A DNA stretch of 63,786 nt, the filler included, from Octopus bimaculoides (Eukaryota): assembly GCF_001194135.2 (NCBI RefSeq). It is 7 parts of 6 records of this genome, joined end to end, with 100 filler letters (N's around TTAATTAATTAA, not from the genome) between each part and the next. Parts side by side here need not be neighbours in the genome. Positions count along the whole stretch, not along the records: positions 45,069 to 53,121 come from NC_068981.1; positions 53,222 to 55,562 come from NC_068982.1; positions 55,663 to 62,611 come from NC_068988.1; positions 62,712 to 63,786 come from NW_026370277.1; 3 more parts are not named here. The stretch is one strand, 5' to 3'. The notes under the pieces are model-generated. The model was not told where the DNA came from. It worked only from the letters and a program-made list of their open reading frames with translations, and ran no database searches. Positions 50,110-63,379 of the stretch are shown here, piece after piece (the first letter of the stretch is position 1; each line of letters starts with the position of its first letter). Both the position numbers and the translations under genes were made by a program.

Positions 50110-51480
50110 ACTACTGCACGCATACCTAGAAAAAGTAATAGGAAACAGACGGTGAAATACTGGAAAGAGTTCTACAGAAAATGTGAAACGGGAAATCCCT
50201 AGGCCCAGATCACATAACAGATAACTGGGTAAACAATTTCAACCTTTATGGGTGAAATTGCACACAGTCGTATGGAGAAAGAGCCAAGTGCACACAATGA
50301 CTGCATCAAATGTTATCAGCTGCAACCACTCTCCTCATACATTCGAATTCGCAATTTCTTCAGTTTTATAGAAAACTTTAACAGCAATGTTACTTCTCAT
50401 GTAAGGACGGTGGTCCTGGTCTCAGATCTGTACTGATGCCATATGAAGCACTGATTGTAATTCTGAAACAACATCTACAGTTGAAGAAGGAACTTGAGTA
50501 GAGGTATGAAATACGAGCTGATACAGATCTCTCTTCAAGAAGCATTACTGAAATCTATTTGTCTAGGCTAATGCTGTCTCCAAATCCCTTGCAAGAAGCA
50601 GAACTACGATTCATAAGTATTTCCATGTCATCCACTTTATGAGTCACAATCATCTGCATAAATTAGGTCACGAATAAGAGACTGGAAAACTTTTGAATTG
50701 GCAGCAAATTGGGGCTAATTAAAGAGGCGGCCAGAAGATCGATACCTGACATATATTCTCAGACGGCTAACATTAGCAAAAGCATGAGTAAAAACAGCAG
50801 CAAAATGCAAACAAAACAGATTTGGGGCAATGATGTCCCTATACTTGACACGATTCTTTGCAGTAATGGGTCTCACCCTGCCACAACCAACACTGACACA
50901 AGCCTCCATCCCATCATGATATGATTTAATTATAGATACAAAGTGATCTGGACATCGAAATTTGCCAAGTATTTTCCATAGCAAGGCCCTATCCACAGTA
51001 ACAAAATCCTTGGTCAAATCAGAGAATACCTGGACAAGATCCATATTCTGTTACTAACACTTCTCCTGAATCTTGTTTGCTATGCAAATCATATCCATTG
51101 TCCCTCTACTAGATCGGAGGTCACTTTGAGATTCAGGTAGGACATCATATAGGAGACACACATTCAGACGGGTAAGAAGAATATTTGCAAGGACCTTGCC
51201 AGCAGCAGATAATAGAGCAATACCTCTGTAGTAACCACACATAATTCTGACTTATTTTCCTTTATAGAGAGGAATAATAATTGCATCCTTCCAGTATTTG
51301 GCATTGCACCATACCTCCAGACTACACTTATAAGTTCATGAATGGAATGTATGATGTAATCACCGTCAAATCGCAAGACCTCAGCACAAATTCCATCCCT
51401 TCCAGGTACCCTACCAAGATTCAGATTACATATTGCTGTCATTACATCCATTGAGGGCTTGAATTTAAGGAGCCAATGAT
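50110..51480 (-). mobile_element. RTE-clade LINE RT fragment
   Basis: GRVPGRDGI...YYRGIALLSAAGKVLANILL...ESQSDLRSSRGTMDMI...FSDLTKDFVTVDRALLWKILGK...GDIIAPNLF-like motifs. Confidence 0.85.
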
Positions 51481-51509
51481 AGATCTTTGTTGCTCAGTTT
51501 TATATATAC

Positions 51510-51724
51510 TCGTTTACTCTTTTACTTGTTTCAGTTATTTGACTTCGGCCATGCTGGAGCACCGCCTTTAGTCGAGCAAATATACCCCAGCACTTCTTCT
51601 TTGGAAGCCTAGTACTTATTCTGTCGGTCTCTTTTTGACGAACCGCTAGGTAACGCAGACGTAAACACACCAGCATCGTGTGTCAAGCGATGATGGGGGG
51701 GGGCAAACACAAACACACAAACAC

Positions 51725-51725
<1 letters not shown>
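51510..51725 (-). mobile_element. SINE family A 3' half
   Basis: Same tail sequence as 44685-44900. Confidence 0.85.
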
Positions 51726-51767
<42 letters not shown>

Positions 51768-52514
51768 NNNNNNNNNNNNNNNNNNNNNNNNNNNNNNNNN
51801 NNNNNNNNNNNNNNNNNNNNNNNNNNNNNNNNNNNNNNNNNNNNNNNNNNNNNNNNNNNNNNNNNNNNNNNNNNNNNNNNNNNNNNNNNNNNNNNNNNNN
51901 NNNNNNNNNNNNNNNNNNNNNNNNNNNNNNNNNNNNNNNNNNNNNNNNNNNNNNNNNNNNNNNNNNNNNNNNNNNNNNNNNNNNNNNNNNNNNNNNNNNN
52001 NNNNNNNNNNNNNNNNNNNNNNNNNNNNNNNNNNNNNNNNNNNNNNNNNNNNNNNNNNNNNNNNNNNNNNNNNNNNNNNNNNNNNNNNNNNNNNNNNNNN
52101 NNNNNNNNNNNNNNNNNNNNNNNNNNNNNNNNNNNNNNNNNNNNNNNNNNNNNNNNNNNNNNNNNNNNNNNNNNNNNNNNNNNNNNNNNNNNNNNNNNNN
52201 NNNNNNNNNNNNNNNNNNNNNNNNNNNNNNNNNNNNNNNNNNNNNNNNNNNNNNNNNNNNNNNNNNNNNNNNNNNNNNNNNNNNNNNNNNNNNNNNNNNN
52301 NNNNNNNNNNNNNNNNNNNNNNNNNNNNNNNNNNNNNNNNNNNNNNNNNNNNNNNNNNNNNNNNNNNNNNNNNNNNNNNNNNNNNNNNNNNNNNNNNNNN
52401 NNNNNNNNNNNNNNNNNNNNNNNNNNNNNNNNNNNNNNNNNNNNNNNNNNNNNNNNNNNNNNNNNNNNNNNNNNNNNNNNNNNNNNNNNNNNNNNNNNNN
52501 NNNNNNNNNNNNNN

Positions 52515-52545
<31 letters not shown>

Positions 52546-54329
52546 AAAAAAAAGTTCTTATATATGTATTCCCATAAGCACATATTAACTCATATACACA
52601 CTCATACATATAGGTGCAATGTTTTTAGGAAACTAAGCATTTATTTGCGCTCGATTGGTCTCCTGTACAATATCAAAGCTCTAAATCTCTCAGGGCATGA
52701 CGAATGCACGAACGAGCAGACGACTCATACAGGGTTAAGTTTCTTGACTGGGTGTTTTGCAGAAGAATCTAATTGGAACGAATTGCAATGAAAATAAGAG
52801 TGAAAATAAAAATAGAATAAAATAAATAATGCAAAACTGTCGGTCAAGTCATATAGACGTTCCATTTTGGGATGTCTGCATATGTTGCGTGAAATGAGTG
52901 ATATGGTAACTTATATAAATATTTCTATAGCATAATGAAGTCGACGTTTGAAGTAGTTCTACAAGATTAAGAAATGATACAGTTAGCGTAAAAGTCGTTA
53001 AGGATGATTCGCTTTATATATAATAACCGAAATAGACACACTCTGGAAAAATAGCTGAGAATCTACAATATATATATACACATGCATACCTGTATGCACA
53101 TATATTATAAGTAATGTATATNNNNNNNNNNNNNNNNNNNNNNNNNNNNNNNNNNNNNNNNNNNNTTAATTAATTAANNNNNNNNNNNNNNNNNNNNNNN
53201 NNNNNNNNNNNNNNNNNNNNNATATATATATATATATAGATATCTATATATATCTGTCAGATCTTTTTTTTTAATCGGCTTTAGTCTTGCTACTCTGCTT
53301 TCAAAGCATCCACCTCCACTACTAATCTGTCCATCTAAGTAATAAAACATATGAACTACATCTAGGGAACTGCCTAAGCATTTGAGAGAAATATATTGTA
53401 TGTGCACTCTTAGTGTTTACTTATCCCATGCGTCTGTAACTTACAAAGTGTACCATCTTTGCAAACCTTGCTCATGATCCTACTGTACCTTTTGTGCCTC
53501 CATACTTTACATTTGGTACATCATATGGAGTTTCTACTGCCTCCTTCTCTGCATAATGAGTATGGTCATTTCCTCGATGTTATTAGGAACCTGTTTTCTT
53601 TCTACAAGCTAATGTGATAAGTTTACTTTGCGGTCACTTAATTTTAAGTTTTGATTCCATATTTTGAATGATTTCTGGTCCAGATTCAAGAGTGCAGCAG
53701 AGAAATTGAATTTACTGTCTGTGGAATGTCACTCGTTTTCTTAAAGTTAATTTCAGTTTGTCCCTATGTATTTTTCTCCACGTCTTGAACACATGACAAC
53801 ATAAATGAAATATTTGGATACGCAGGCACAATAAAAATATTCTTTAGTTCCGAAATGAATTCTGATCTTTGGATAATTCAAGTCATATTCCACAGTTGGA
53901 TCATTCATATGTTTTAACTGTTTGACATTTGTTATATACTTGTAAATGATTTGGGCTATCTTATATTCATTTTAACAATGTGCATTAGTAAAACCCAATT
54001 TGACTAAGGACTCTTTTGAGCAGCAATGCATTATGCAGATACACATGATAAAACTTTCAATAGTGGTTTTGCTTCTGTTAGTATTCAAACATTATTTCTT
54101 TGATTATTTCTCTTTGTTGGAGAAAAGTTGGTGTTTCTATCTTGAAATTCATCCTATAAACACGGAGTCCAAAAACATATTTAATATTGTTAGGTGATAA
54201 TAAAATTGCATTGCAAAGTCTAACCAACACAATAATGGTAACTATTTTTGTAGGCCCTGTCATGAAGAACCGAGATTCTCAGTAGAACCAAACAAAATGG
54301 AGAAACTAAAGGTAATAAAATATATTTAT

Positions 54330-54760
54330 TGAAGAAAACATTAACAATACAACAAATCAATATACTAGCTAAAGGACTAAAATTCATCCTATCTCCTTTG
54401 AGATGTAATTATAATGAAATTAAAGACAGCATTTCAGAATTTGGTAGAAAATTAGTTTGTAGAAGAATTATTTGGTAAGGATAATGATGATGAATAGCTT
54501 GATACAAACAAAAGCAACAATTCTTCACCAAAAGACAAGAACAAAACACTTGATGATTTTTGTAATCACATTTTGAAATTTCATGTAATATCTTACGTAA
54601 AGAATTAAGTCAAATTACAATGCTACTGAATGGGAGAACATAATTGAATTGAAGAATGATAAGAAATAGCCAATTATGGAAGTTGTTCAAGGGGGTGCTG
54701 TTGTATTAATGGATACAAAGTATTAGAAATATCTTGTTTTATCAATACTAGAGAGTAATA
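54330..54760 (+). mobile_element. Penelope-like element, N-terminal ORF fragment
   Basis: QINILAKGLKFILSP...ISEFGRKL and IMEVVQGGAVVLMD (PLE KGLxF and DKGxxVVxMD motifs). Confidence 0.7.
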
Positions 54761-54774
54761 ATATATTTTTATCT

Positions 54775-55080
54775 TTTATCTTTTACTTGTTTCAGTCATT
54801 AGATTGTGGCCATGCTGGGGCACTGCCTTGAAGAAGTTTTAGGCGAATAAATCAACCCCAGTACCTTTTTCTTTTATTCTTTTACTTATTTCAGTCATTT
54901 GACTGTGGCCATGTTGGAGCACCACCTTTTAGTCGAAGAAATTGACCCCAGGATTTAAAAGCCTAGTACTTATTCTATCTGTCTCTTTTGCTGAACCACT
55001 AGCTTACAAGGACATAAACACACCAACATCAGTTGTCAAGTGATGCTGGGGGGACAAACACAGACACAAAGACACATACA
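54775..55080 (-). mobile_element. Two tandem SINE family A tails
   Basis: CTTTTACTTGTTTCAGTCATT occurs twice (about 54780 and 54880). Confidence 0.85.
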
Positions 55081-55096
55081 TAAATATATATATATA

Positions 55097-55218
55097 ATTG
55101 TTAAAGAAGATAACAAACATTAAGGCAAGGCAAACATCTCAAGTTGTATACAATATTATTATTGTATATGACTTGAGATGTTTGCCTTGCCTTAATGTTT
55201 GTTGTACTCTTTAACAAT
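55097..55218. repeat. 122-nt near-perfect palindrome (59-bp stem, 4-nt loop)
   Basis: AACAAACATTAAGGCAAGGCAAACATCTCAAGT versus ACTTGAGATGTTTGCCTTGCCTTAATGTTTGTT, with further outer and inner pairing. Confidence 0.95.
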
Positions 55219-55364
55219 AATTTATCCGTTGCATTGGAAATCTGCAATGACTCCATAACTACCATCTCGGCTATAACCTTGGAGCCCTAGTAATCTGTTA
55301 CAGCACTTACCTAGTGTACTTAATTGTTTAGATCACCTGTGAACTAAACCCCCATACTTTATAT

Positions 55365-55562
55365 ATATATCATCATCATCATCATCATCATCGTTTAACG
55401 TCCGCTTTCCATGCTAGCATGGGTTGGACGATTTGACTGAGGACTGGTGAAACCGGATGGCAACACCAGGCTCCAGTCTGATTTGGCAGAGTTTCTACAG
55501 CTGGATGCCCTTCCTAACGCCAACCACTCAGAGAGTGTAGTGGGTGCTTTTACGTGTCACCC
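55365..55562 (-). mobile_element. LINE/SINE 3' end with (ATG)n tail; second copy at 63741-63786
   Basis: (CAT)n-CGTTTAACGTCCGCTTTCCATGCTAGCATGGG...CTGATTTGGCAGAGTTTCTACAGCTGGATGCCCTTCC, shared with the window end. Confidence 0.6.
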
Positions 55563-55729
55563 NNNNNNNNNNNNNNNNNNNNNNNNNNNNNNNNNNNNNN
55601 NNNNNNTTAATTAATTAANNNNNNNNNNNNNNNNNNNNNNNNNNNNNNNNNNNNNNNNNNNNAAACAAACAAATGACTTAAGAAATAATTCTGAAAATGT
55701 TTTATTGTAGCCCTGTCGGTAAGTTTAGC

Positions 55730-55910
55730 AGAAAGAAACCGTAGGGAGGTGCTTGTGTCTTTATATTTGTACTTGTCCACCCATCACCGCTTGACAACCG
55801 GTCTTTGCTTGTTTACTTAACTGTAACTTAGCAGTATGAGTACTTGAAGGCGGTGCTGCAGCATGGTCGCAGTCCAATGAGCGAAACAAATAAAAGATAA
55901 ATGGAAGAAA
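55730..55910 (+). mobile_element. SINE family A 3' half
   Basis: CGCTTGACAACCGG...TAACTTAGC...GGCGGTGCTGCAGCATGGTCGCAGTC. Confidence 0.75.
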
Positions 55911-55919
55911 TAAAGATGA

Positions 55920-56450
55920 TGCTAATGAAAGGCGAAATCGAAAACAAAAATTGAAAAAGGAAAGGATGTTTATAGAAACTGTTGGTATTACGTCACCTGT
56001 GTCTAAAGAACGACATCAACAGATCAACCGTGAAATCAAACCATGACGAGACAGAAAAAAAGTAGGAAACCATCAACAAGATTTCTAGAGAGATTGCAAA
56101 AAATCAATAACAGTATAGAAGATCTTTACAAAGCAGTGAACCTAATAAGAAAATTTGCACCAAGAAATAATATTATCAAAGACAAAAGCGATAGTAATAT
56201 GCTTTCTGAAGGGAAAGATATAAAGAAAAGATGGGAAGATGGAAGGAATATTGTTACAGCTTAGACAAGGGAGACAACAGATGTTAATCAAATAGATGGT
56301 AATCAAAATGATCAAAGAGAAAACGGTGATAGAGAAAGAAATCTTCCGACATTAATGTCTGACGTAAACAGAAGTTAAGAAAAGTTATGAAAAGTCTGAA
56401 AAAAAAAAACAAAAAAAAAAACAAGCGTAAGTCCTAGAAGACATTATGTT
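55920..56450 (+). mobile_element. Degraded RTE-like LINE linker fragment
   Basis: LYKAVNLIRKFAPRNNIIKDK...IKKRWE. Confidence 0.45.
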
Positions 56451-56519
56451 GTATTAGAAGTTTTGGAAAAAATGATGCGGAAGCCTCGGGGAAATTGTTC
56501 TACCGTCTGCCTTGTATCA

Positions 56520-56734
56520 GTTATCCGTTATCTTTTATTTGTTTCAGTCAGTTGATTGCGGCCATAATGGAGTACCACCTTAAACGGATTTTTTATTTTA
56601 AACGTACGTGTCACTCATTTTCAATCTGGTATTTATTCTGTTGTTTTCTCTCTCGGTGAACGCTAATGTCACGGGGACGAAAACACACCAGCTCCGGTTG
56701 CCAAGCGGTGGAAGGGTGCCAAACACAGACACAA

Positions 56735-56794
<60 letters not shown>

Positions 56795-56935
56795 AAGATT
56801 GTGGTTTCGATCCCCGGATCCCGTTGTACTCTTGAGCAAAACACTTCATTCGCGTTTCTCTACTCAGTTGTAGAGGGCCGGGCTCCGCCAGGCTTTCTCG
56901 ACCTAAGGGGTTAAGGGACTTGTCATTGTCACTTG
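56520..56935. mobile_element. SINE family A tail (-, 56520-56720) and partial family D (+, 56790-56935)
   Basis: Matches to the other copies. Confidence 0.7.
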
Positions 56936-56974
56936 TCATATATGCATACATACATGCATAAATGCTGAACTACT

Positions 56975-57205
56975 GAGGGATTTACAGCTACAAGTTCAGG
57001 TTTATACTTGTAATTATTGGAGGACTTGGATATGCAATACACTTCCTAAGTACCAATCTTGAGAAATTAGGCTTCTCAAAACCAGAAAGGAGAAAGCTGA
57101 TTCGAAGACTTCAGATCCAAGCCATCACTGATACTGTAAAAATCTGTAAAACTTTGCAAAAGTTTATCATTTAAATATATATGAGCCTGTCTAGATATGC
57201 AACGG
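56975..57205 (+). mobile_element. 3' end of the RLE family seen at 47300-48410
   Basis: Shared CTTGAGAAATTAGG...GAAAGGAGAAAGCTGATTC...CAGATCCAAG...GTCTAG.TATGCAAC. Confidence 0.75.
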
Positions 57206-57419
57206 CTTCTAACGCTGGAGATGTGCTACGGTGTCAGCTCTTCACTACCAGTGAACTAAGGTAACGTCTCTTATTTTTCGAGCACCATCCGGAGTATTCG
57301 AGCAGTTTGAAGCAGTGGCGTTTTCTGCAAGTGCTTCACCCTTATTGCAGCCCCTATTTGTTACATGTACAAGATTTTTACTGTTCCTAGGGCTCCGACA
57401 ATTATTGGTACTACTACCA

Positions 57420-58025
57420 CCTTTTCCTGTGACAACTGTTTAACCTCTCAAGCTAACCTATCATATCTAGCGACTTTTCTTTTTTTCCTTATCGCATACC
57501 TTGTTGTCAGCTGGGTATACTATATCTATGATCCGGCATCATTTGCTTTCTTTCTCAATTAACACTATGTCTGGTTTCCTATCCTCTATCACATGATCGC
57601 ACTGACTCATAAAATCCCATAGGATCTTTGCATCATCATTTTCGATGATGCCTTCAGGTTTATGTTCGTACCACTTTTTTTGTTCTGTCAAGTCCATACT
57701 TTTTGCAAAGTGTCCAATGGACAATCCTTGCTATATGGTCATGACGTCTCTTATATTCTTTCTGAGTCAGTGGCGTACATTGACTGGTAATATGCTATAC
57801 GGTGTCACCATTTTGTCTGCAAATTCTGCACTTATCCCTTTCTGATGTGTTGTCTGTTCTGTACTTGATGTAATTGGCTCTTAACGCTTGCTCTTGAACA
57901 GCGCAAATTAGAGCCTCCTTTTCCAGTTTTAAAATTACTTTTAGTCACCCATAGCCATTTTTTTTCTCTGCCTGTCTTATCTTCAGCGTCCCTATCAAAC
58001 TGTCCCTGCATTCTTTTCTTTATCC
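57420..58025 (-). mobile_element. R4/Dong-like RLE fragment
   Basis: WYEHKPEGIIENDDAKILWDF...DRKPDIVLIEKE (PD..D RLE motif). Confidence 0.8.
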
Positions 58026-58317
58026 ACCTATTATTATTATTATTATTATTATTATGTTATTTTTTCTTCTTTCTTCAAATTTTCTTCCATTTCTCGCCGA
58101 GTGTTTTCCGTATACCTAGGGCAGAGAAACTCATTGTATGCATTCCCAGTTTACACACGCAAATTTACAGGCAAAATATGTATTTTAAAATAATAATAAT
58201 AAATAAATAAATTCATGAATGGATGTTTTCATAGCGATAATGCTCTTCTCAGTACATGAGTCGTTCCAGTTAACACGATTTATTATTATTACATCATGTT
58301 AACTGGAACGACTTATA

Positions 58318-58374
<57 letters not shown>

Positions 58375-59094
58375 CTTTATTATTGTGAGCATGCAGGATC
58401 GTTAAGAAGCCAGNNNNNNNNNNCTTTATTATTGTGAGCATGCAGGATCGTTAAGAAGCCAGGCAAAATGTATGACGGCAGACAGGTTAAGTATCGGACT
58501 TAGTAAACAACTAAGAACTAGAATCGATTTGTTCAACTAAACCCCTCAAGGCTGTGGCCCATCAGTTGTCTTAGTTCAATAGTTAAAACTCTATGGTTTC
58601 AGTTTGCTTCCTATATGTGAGGAAGACGAAATCTTCATTGCGACAAATTCGGAAGAGAAATAATCAGTTTAATCTTAGTCGATAATAAATACTAACAATA
58701 GTTATGTCACTGATTCTGACAAAATATACTATCCACTTTGCGTCGGGGGCCAAAACACAATACGATTACGCATTAAATAATACTGAGTGAGAACTGTTAG
58801 ACCAGATCCTGATGCAGACATCGGAATCAATTTTCATTGAATATTTTTGGTAGAAATCACAAACATGACATACCAATTAATATGGCGTAGTAGTTGGCAG
58901 CAGACGACTGTAAGAGAGTTGGAAATAAACAACCGGACATAACCGACAAACCAATACACAGTGAACAATAGAACGAAAACCGGTCAGTTGATTGGTTAAT
59001 CAGAATAATTGACAAAGGACGGAATTTGACGGTTTCAATATCTGAATTAATCACCTAGTATATGTATGTATGTATGTATGTATATATGTATGTA

Positions 59095-59143
<49 letters not shown>

Positions 59144-59920
59144 NNNNNNNNNNNNNNNNNNNNNNNNNNNNNNNNNNNNNNNNNNNNNNNNNNNNNNNNN
59201 NNNNNNNNNNNNNNNNNNNNNNNNNNNNNNNNNNNNNNNNNNNNNNNNNNNNNNNNNNNNNNNNNNNNNNNNNNNNNNNNNNNNNNNNNNNNNNNNNNNN
59301 NNNNNNNNNNNNNNNNNNNNNNNNNNNNNNNNNNNNNNNNNNNNNNNNNNNNNNNNNNNNNNNNNNNNNNNNNNNNNNNNNNNNNNNNNNNNNNNNNNNN
59401 NNNNNNNNNNNNNNNNNNNNNNNNNNNNNNNNNNNNNNNNNNNNNNNNNNNNNNNNNNNNNNNNNNNNNNNNNNNNNNNNNNNNNNNNNNNNNNNNNNNN
59501 NNNNNNNNNNNNNNNNNNNNNNNNNNNNNNNNNNNNNNNNNNNNNNNNNNNNNNNNNNNNNNNNNNNNNNNNNNNNNNNNNNNNNNNNNNNNNNNNNNNN
59601 NNNNNNNNNNNNNNNNNNNNNNNNNNNNNNNNNNNNNNNNNNNNNNNNNNNNNNNNNNNNNNNNNNNNNNNNNNNNNNNNNNNNNNNNNNNNNNNNNNNN
59701 NNNNNNNNNNNNNNNNNNNNNNNNNNNNNNNNNNNNNNNNNNNNNNNNNNNNNNNNNNNNNNNNNNNNNNNNNNNNNNNNNNNNNNNNNNNNNNNNNNNN
59801 NNNNNNNNNNNNNNNNNNNNNNNNNNNNNNNNNNNNNNNNNNNNNNNNNNNNNNNNNTGTATCGTCTAACTGTCCGGATGTTTTGTTGCCGCCTGTTACG
59901 ATCTTGTTCCATTTATTGTT

Positions 59921-59958
<38 letters not shown>

Positions 59959-60149
59959 GAGGGGAATAATTCAGAATATAAATTATAAATGTAGATATAT
60001 ACATATATATATAGATATATATATATATATATATATATACATTTACACATTCTTCCCTTTCCTAGGACTGCCACATTAAGTTGGCAACAAACCACCACTT
60101 TATGGGGATGCTACTGCATAACTCTCTCTGAGAGATTTCAAATGCAATA

Positions 60150-60470
60150 TTTCTAGGGCAAGTGTCTTCTACAACAGCCATGGGTCGAGCAAAGCCCCGT
60201 GAATGGATTTGGGGGACGGAAACTGAAAGCAGCCCGTCGTATGCGTATGTGTCTTTTTGTCTGTGTTTGTACTCCATCAACGCTTGACAACCGGTGTTGG
60301 TGTGCTTTCGTCCCCTTAACTTAGCGCTTCGGCAAACAAAACCGATAAAATAGGTGCCAGGCTTAAAATAATATATTAGTACTGGGGTCGATTCATTCTA
60401 CTGAATATTCTTCAAGACGCTGCCCCAGTATGTTCACAGTCCAATCACTAAAACAAGTAAATAATGGAAG
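60150..60470 (+). mobile_element. SINE family A, 5'-truncated
   Basis: GGGCAAGTGTCTTCTAC...GGATTTGG..GACGGAAACTG...TAACTTAGCG...CTGGGGTCGATT. Confidence 0.8.
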
Positions 60471-62135
60471 ATACACACACACATACACACACAAATGTAG
60501 AACGACATGAGCTGTAATATCATATCCCCCCCCCCAGATTCCCAGAAATACTGTATATTTAAAAACACTGCTCGCTCAGATTATCGTTAGCGCATCACCA
60601 TACACTGGCGTTTCGTCCTGGTTTTATGTGCATCTCCTCAGTGATAATCACACCTGGGTATTCAGATCTAAGTCGAAATATTCGTTCCACTATAGAAAAT
60701 AGTAATCAAAACGTAGTAGAGGTGGCGCTAGTGCATGCAATGTTAATCATAGCACAGCTATTGATTATTATTATAATTGTTACTATTGTTGTTGCTTTCA
60801 ACCCAGACTTATCTGCATGAAGCAGACGTCTGATGGAAAAATATCCCAAAACGTGACTTACTTGACTTTTCGTCTACCAGGAACTACAGTACCCCAGTAT
60901 AATTTTCTTTTTCTTTAAAACGTTGGTGTTAGGTCTAAGGTGAGCTGAGGCTGCTATTTCTAGCAAATCACGTAGGTATTCCCCTCACAGGCTTTCAGTT
61001 ATGTGGGAATTTATGCATGGGTGACATACATCCATTGTGTATTGACGATTGAGGAATGAGACAATTGTAATATAATACTGAATTGAAAGTGGGTTTGTGT
61101 CTGTGACAGCGGTGTTTACGAAGTACCGGATAAACTCTGCTATAAATGATGGAATTACGTCTGTTCCAGAGCGAATGTTTCTCCGTTTCCTTTTTGGATA
61201 TTTTTGTTTTTGTTATTATTTTTGCTGGTTTTGTTTTTTCGACTTTGCTTGAAGATTATGATAGAAAACTAATTCGTAAACTAGATTCTAGTAAACATAG
61301 TAAAGTTTAATTCGCCGCTACCGGAAGCAATATTTTAAAATCATCTCTTACTAGTTTTTTTCTTTCTTCGTATTATGTTTATATTATGAATCATAAAATA
61401 TATTTCTCGTAGATAATAACAGGAACACAATTTTAAACACACAAACACAAAGTTTGATAACGCTATTTCTGACGCCGTAAAAAGTTTTCCAGCAATATGA
61501 TTTTTATTCATTACGGCTGAGAGAAGCAGTATTAGTTTAAAATAGCAACCTATTTACCATACTTAAAACAGATACAACGTTGAAAGCCGAATAAAATGCG
61601 GTATTTTCTCGAGAAAGTATCTCTTATAGACGTATAGTGTTAAAAAAAAACAACTTGTAGAAAAAATAACTTGTAGACGAAAAAATCGTCCATCAACAGT
61701 GGTTGGTTGCCAGGGGATATTTGGTGCTGTCGAAGCCTAAAAAGACAGAGATGCACATGTAGCAATACTGCTGCCGCTGCTGGATGATGTTCGTCTGCTG
61801 CTGATATATTTCTGTGCATATATATATNNNNNNNNNNNNNNNNNNNNNNNNNNNNNNNNNNNNNNNNNNNNNNNNNNNNNNNNNNNNNNNNNNNNNNNNN
61901 NNNNNNNNNTATATATATATATATATGCAGATCTCATCTTAGGTTGCTCTGCGATCACTTGAACACCTGACGCGTGCTACAAAGTGCAACTGTTTTGTTC
62001 AGCCAACGTCGATTTGGCGTAGACAGTGAACTAATGCACGGCATGAACATTTGATCACGATATACAAGTCATTTGTTCAGATTATTTGACAAAAAGCTGA
62101 ACATTTATTCGTCGTTATTGTTGTTAGTATTATCA

Positions 62136-62199
<64 letters not shown>

Positions 62200-62569
62200 A
62201 GTAGATTTGATTCAGTACAGCGTTAGACAAAATTTCTCGAACAATTTAAATCCGATTTTTTTCTTTCTATTCCTGAATTCAATTCCTGCTGCGGTCTACA
62301 TTGCTTCCTACACTTCCGGGGTCGTAGTCAATGAAATAAAGTATTACAGGAATGTATATATAATAAGCTATATACACTTGCACATTGGAGGAGCTGTACC
62401 TGTGTAAGAAATCAATGCTGAACGGAAATATAACTTGGCCCATCCTGTTAGTATTGGAGTATTTAGACGTTGTGGGTGATATCGATCTTAAAAGTAATCA
62501 ATGTGGAATATACACAGCAGAAAATATTAAAATCCTACACATATAACATATATACTGGTGCACACATGA

Positions 62570-62611
<42 letters not shown>

Positions 62612-62711
62612 NNNNNNNNNNNNNNNNNNNNNNNNNNNNNNNNNNNNNNNNNNNNTTAATTAATTAANNNNNNNNNNNNNNNNNNNNNNNNNNNNNNNNN
62701 NNNNNNNNNNN

Positions 62712-63080
62712 AGCCTGGTTTCACGCGTTTTAGGGTCACTTACTATAGCACAGATGCGTCTAGCCATGCTGTTTGGGATGTTTCTTTTGATGTGTGATGG
62801 GTGACAAGAATAGAAGTTTAAATATTGGTGTGTATCGGTTTTTTTGTAAAATATGTCTGTTGTGACGGTGCAGTTTTGTATTTTTATGTGGATATCCAGG
62901 AATGGTAGTTCATTGCAACTGGATTCTGTTGTGAATTTGATGGAAGGGTGAAGTGCGTTTAGTATATTGTTAAATACATTTAGATCTTCAGTCGATTTTT
63001 CCCCAAAAATGAAACAATCATCCAGGAAGCGTTTCCATTTCTTAATGATATGTTGTTTGTATTCTTGGTCAAAGGTTTTA
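62712..63080 (-). mobile_element. Penelope-like element reverse transcriptase fragment (intact frame)
   Basis: WKRFLDDCF...LNALHPSIKFTTE...LPFLDI...DIFYKKTDTHQYLNFYSCHPSHIKRNIPNSMARRIC. Confidence 0.92.
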
Positions 63081-63379
63081 TGCATACATACACACATGCA
63101 TACATATATGCATACATACATACATATATACATACATACATACACACGTACATGCATACATACACACATACATACATACATACATACATACATACATAAA
63201 CACATACTGAGAGACAAGTACGAGACAAAATATCACAAAATGTCAAACCCCTCCTCAACTGGTGACTGCTAATTATTCCCTATTATTCGAATGTATGCAT
63301 GTATGTATAAGGTATCTGTATTGGAAGTAACCAGCGTAGACATGCGGTCGAGAAATATGCCAGAAATAACAGCTGTCTC

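Noticed and set aside
55436-55460. CTGAGGA-CTGGT-GAAAC in a retroposon 3' end
   Set aside because: Only 5 nt between the core halves; cannot form stem II.
58375-58461. Direct repeat CTTTATTATTGTGAGCATGCAGGATCGTTAAGAAGCCAG on both sides of 10 Ns
   Set aside because: Unmerged overlapping contig ends; not a CRISPR-like or biological repeat.
60600-60650. Minus-strand CTGAGGA...GGAC-GAAACGCC
   Set aside because: U16.1 is missing and stems I/II are broken; at most a very old remnant.
15251-62667. Recurrent TTAATTAATTAA motif (15251, 26521, 45013, 53166, 55607, 62656)
   Set aside because: Always embedded in N runs (44+12+44 where counted); an artificial six-frame-stop scaffold linker, not biology.
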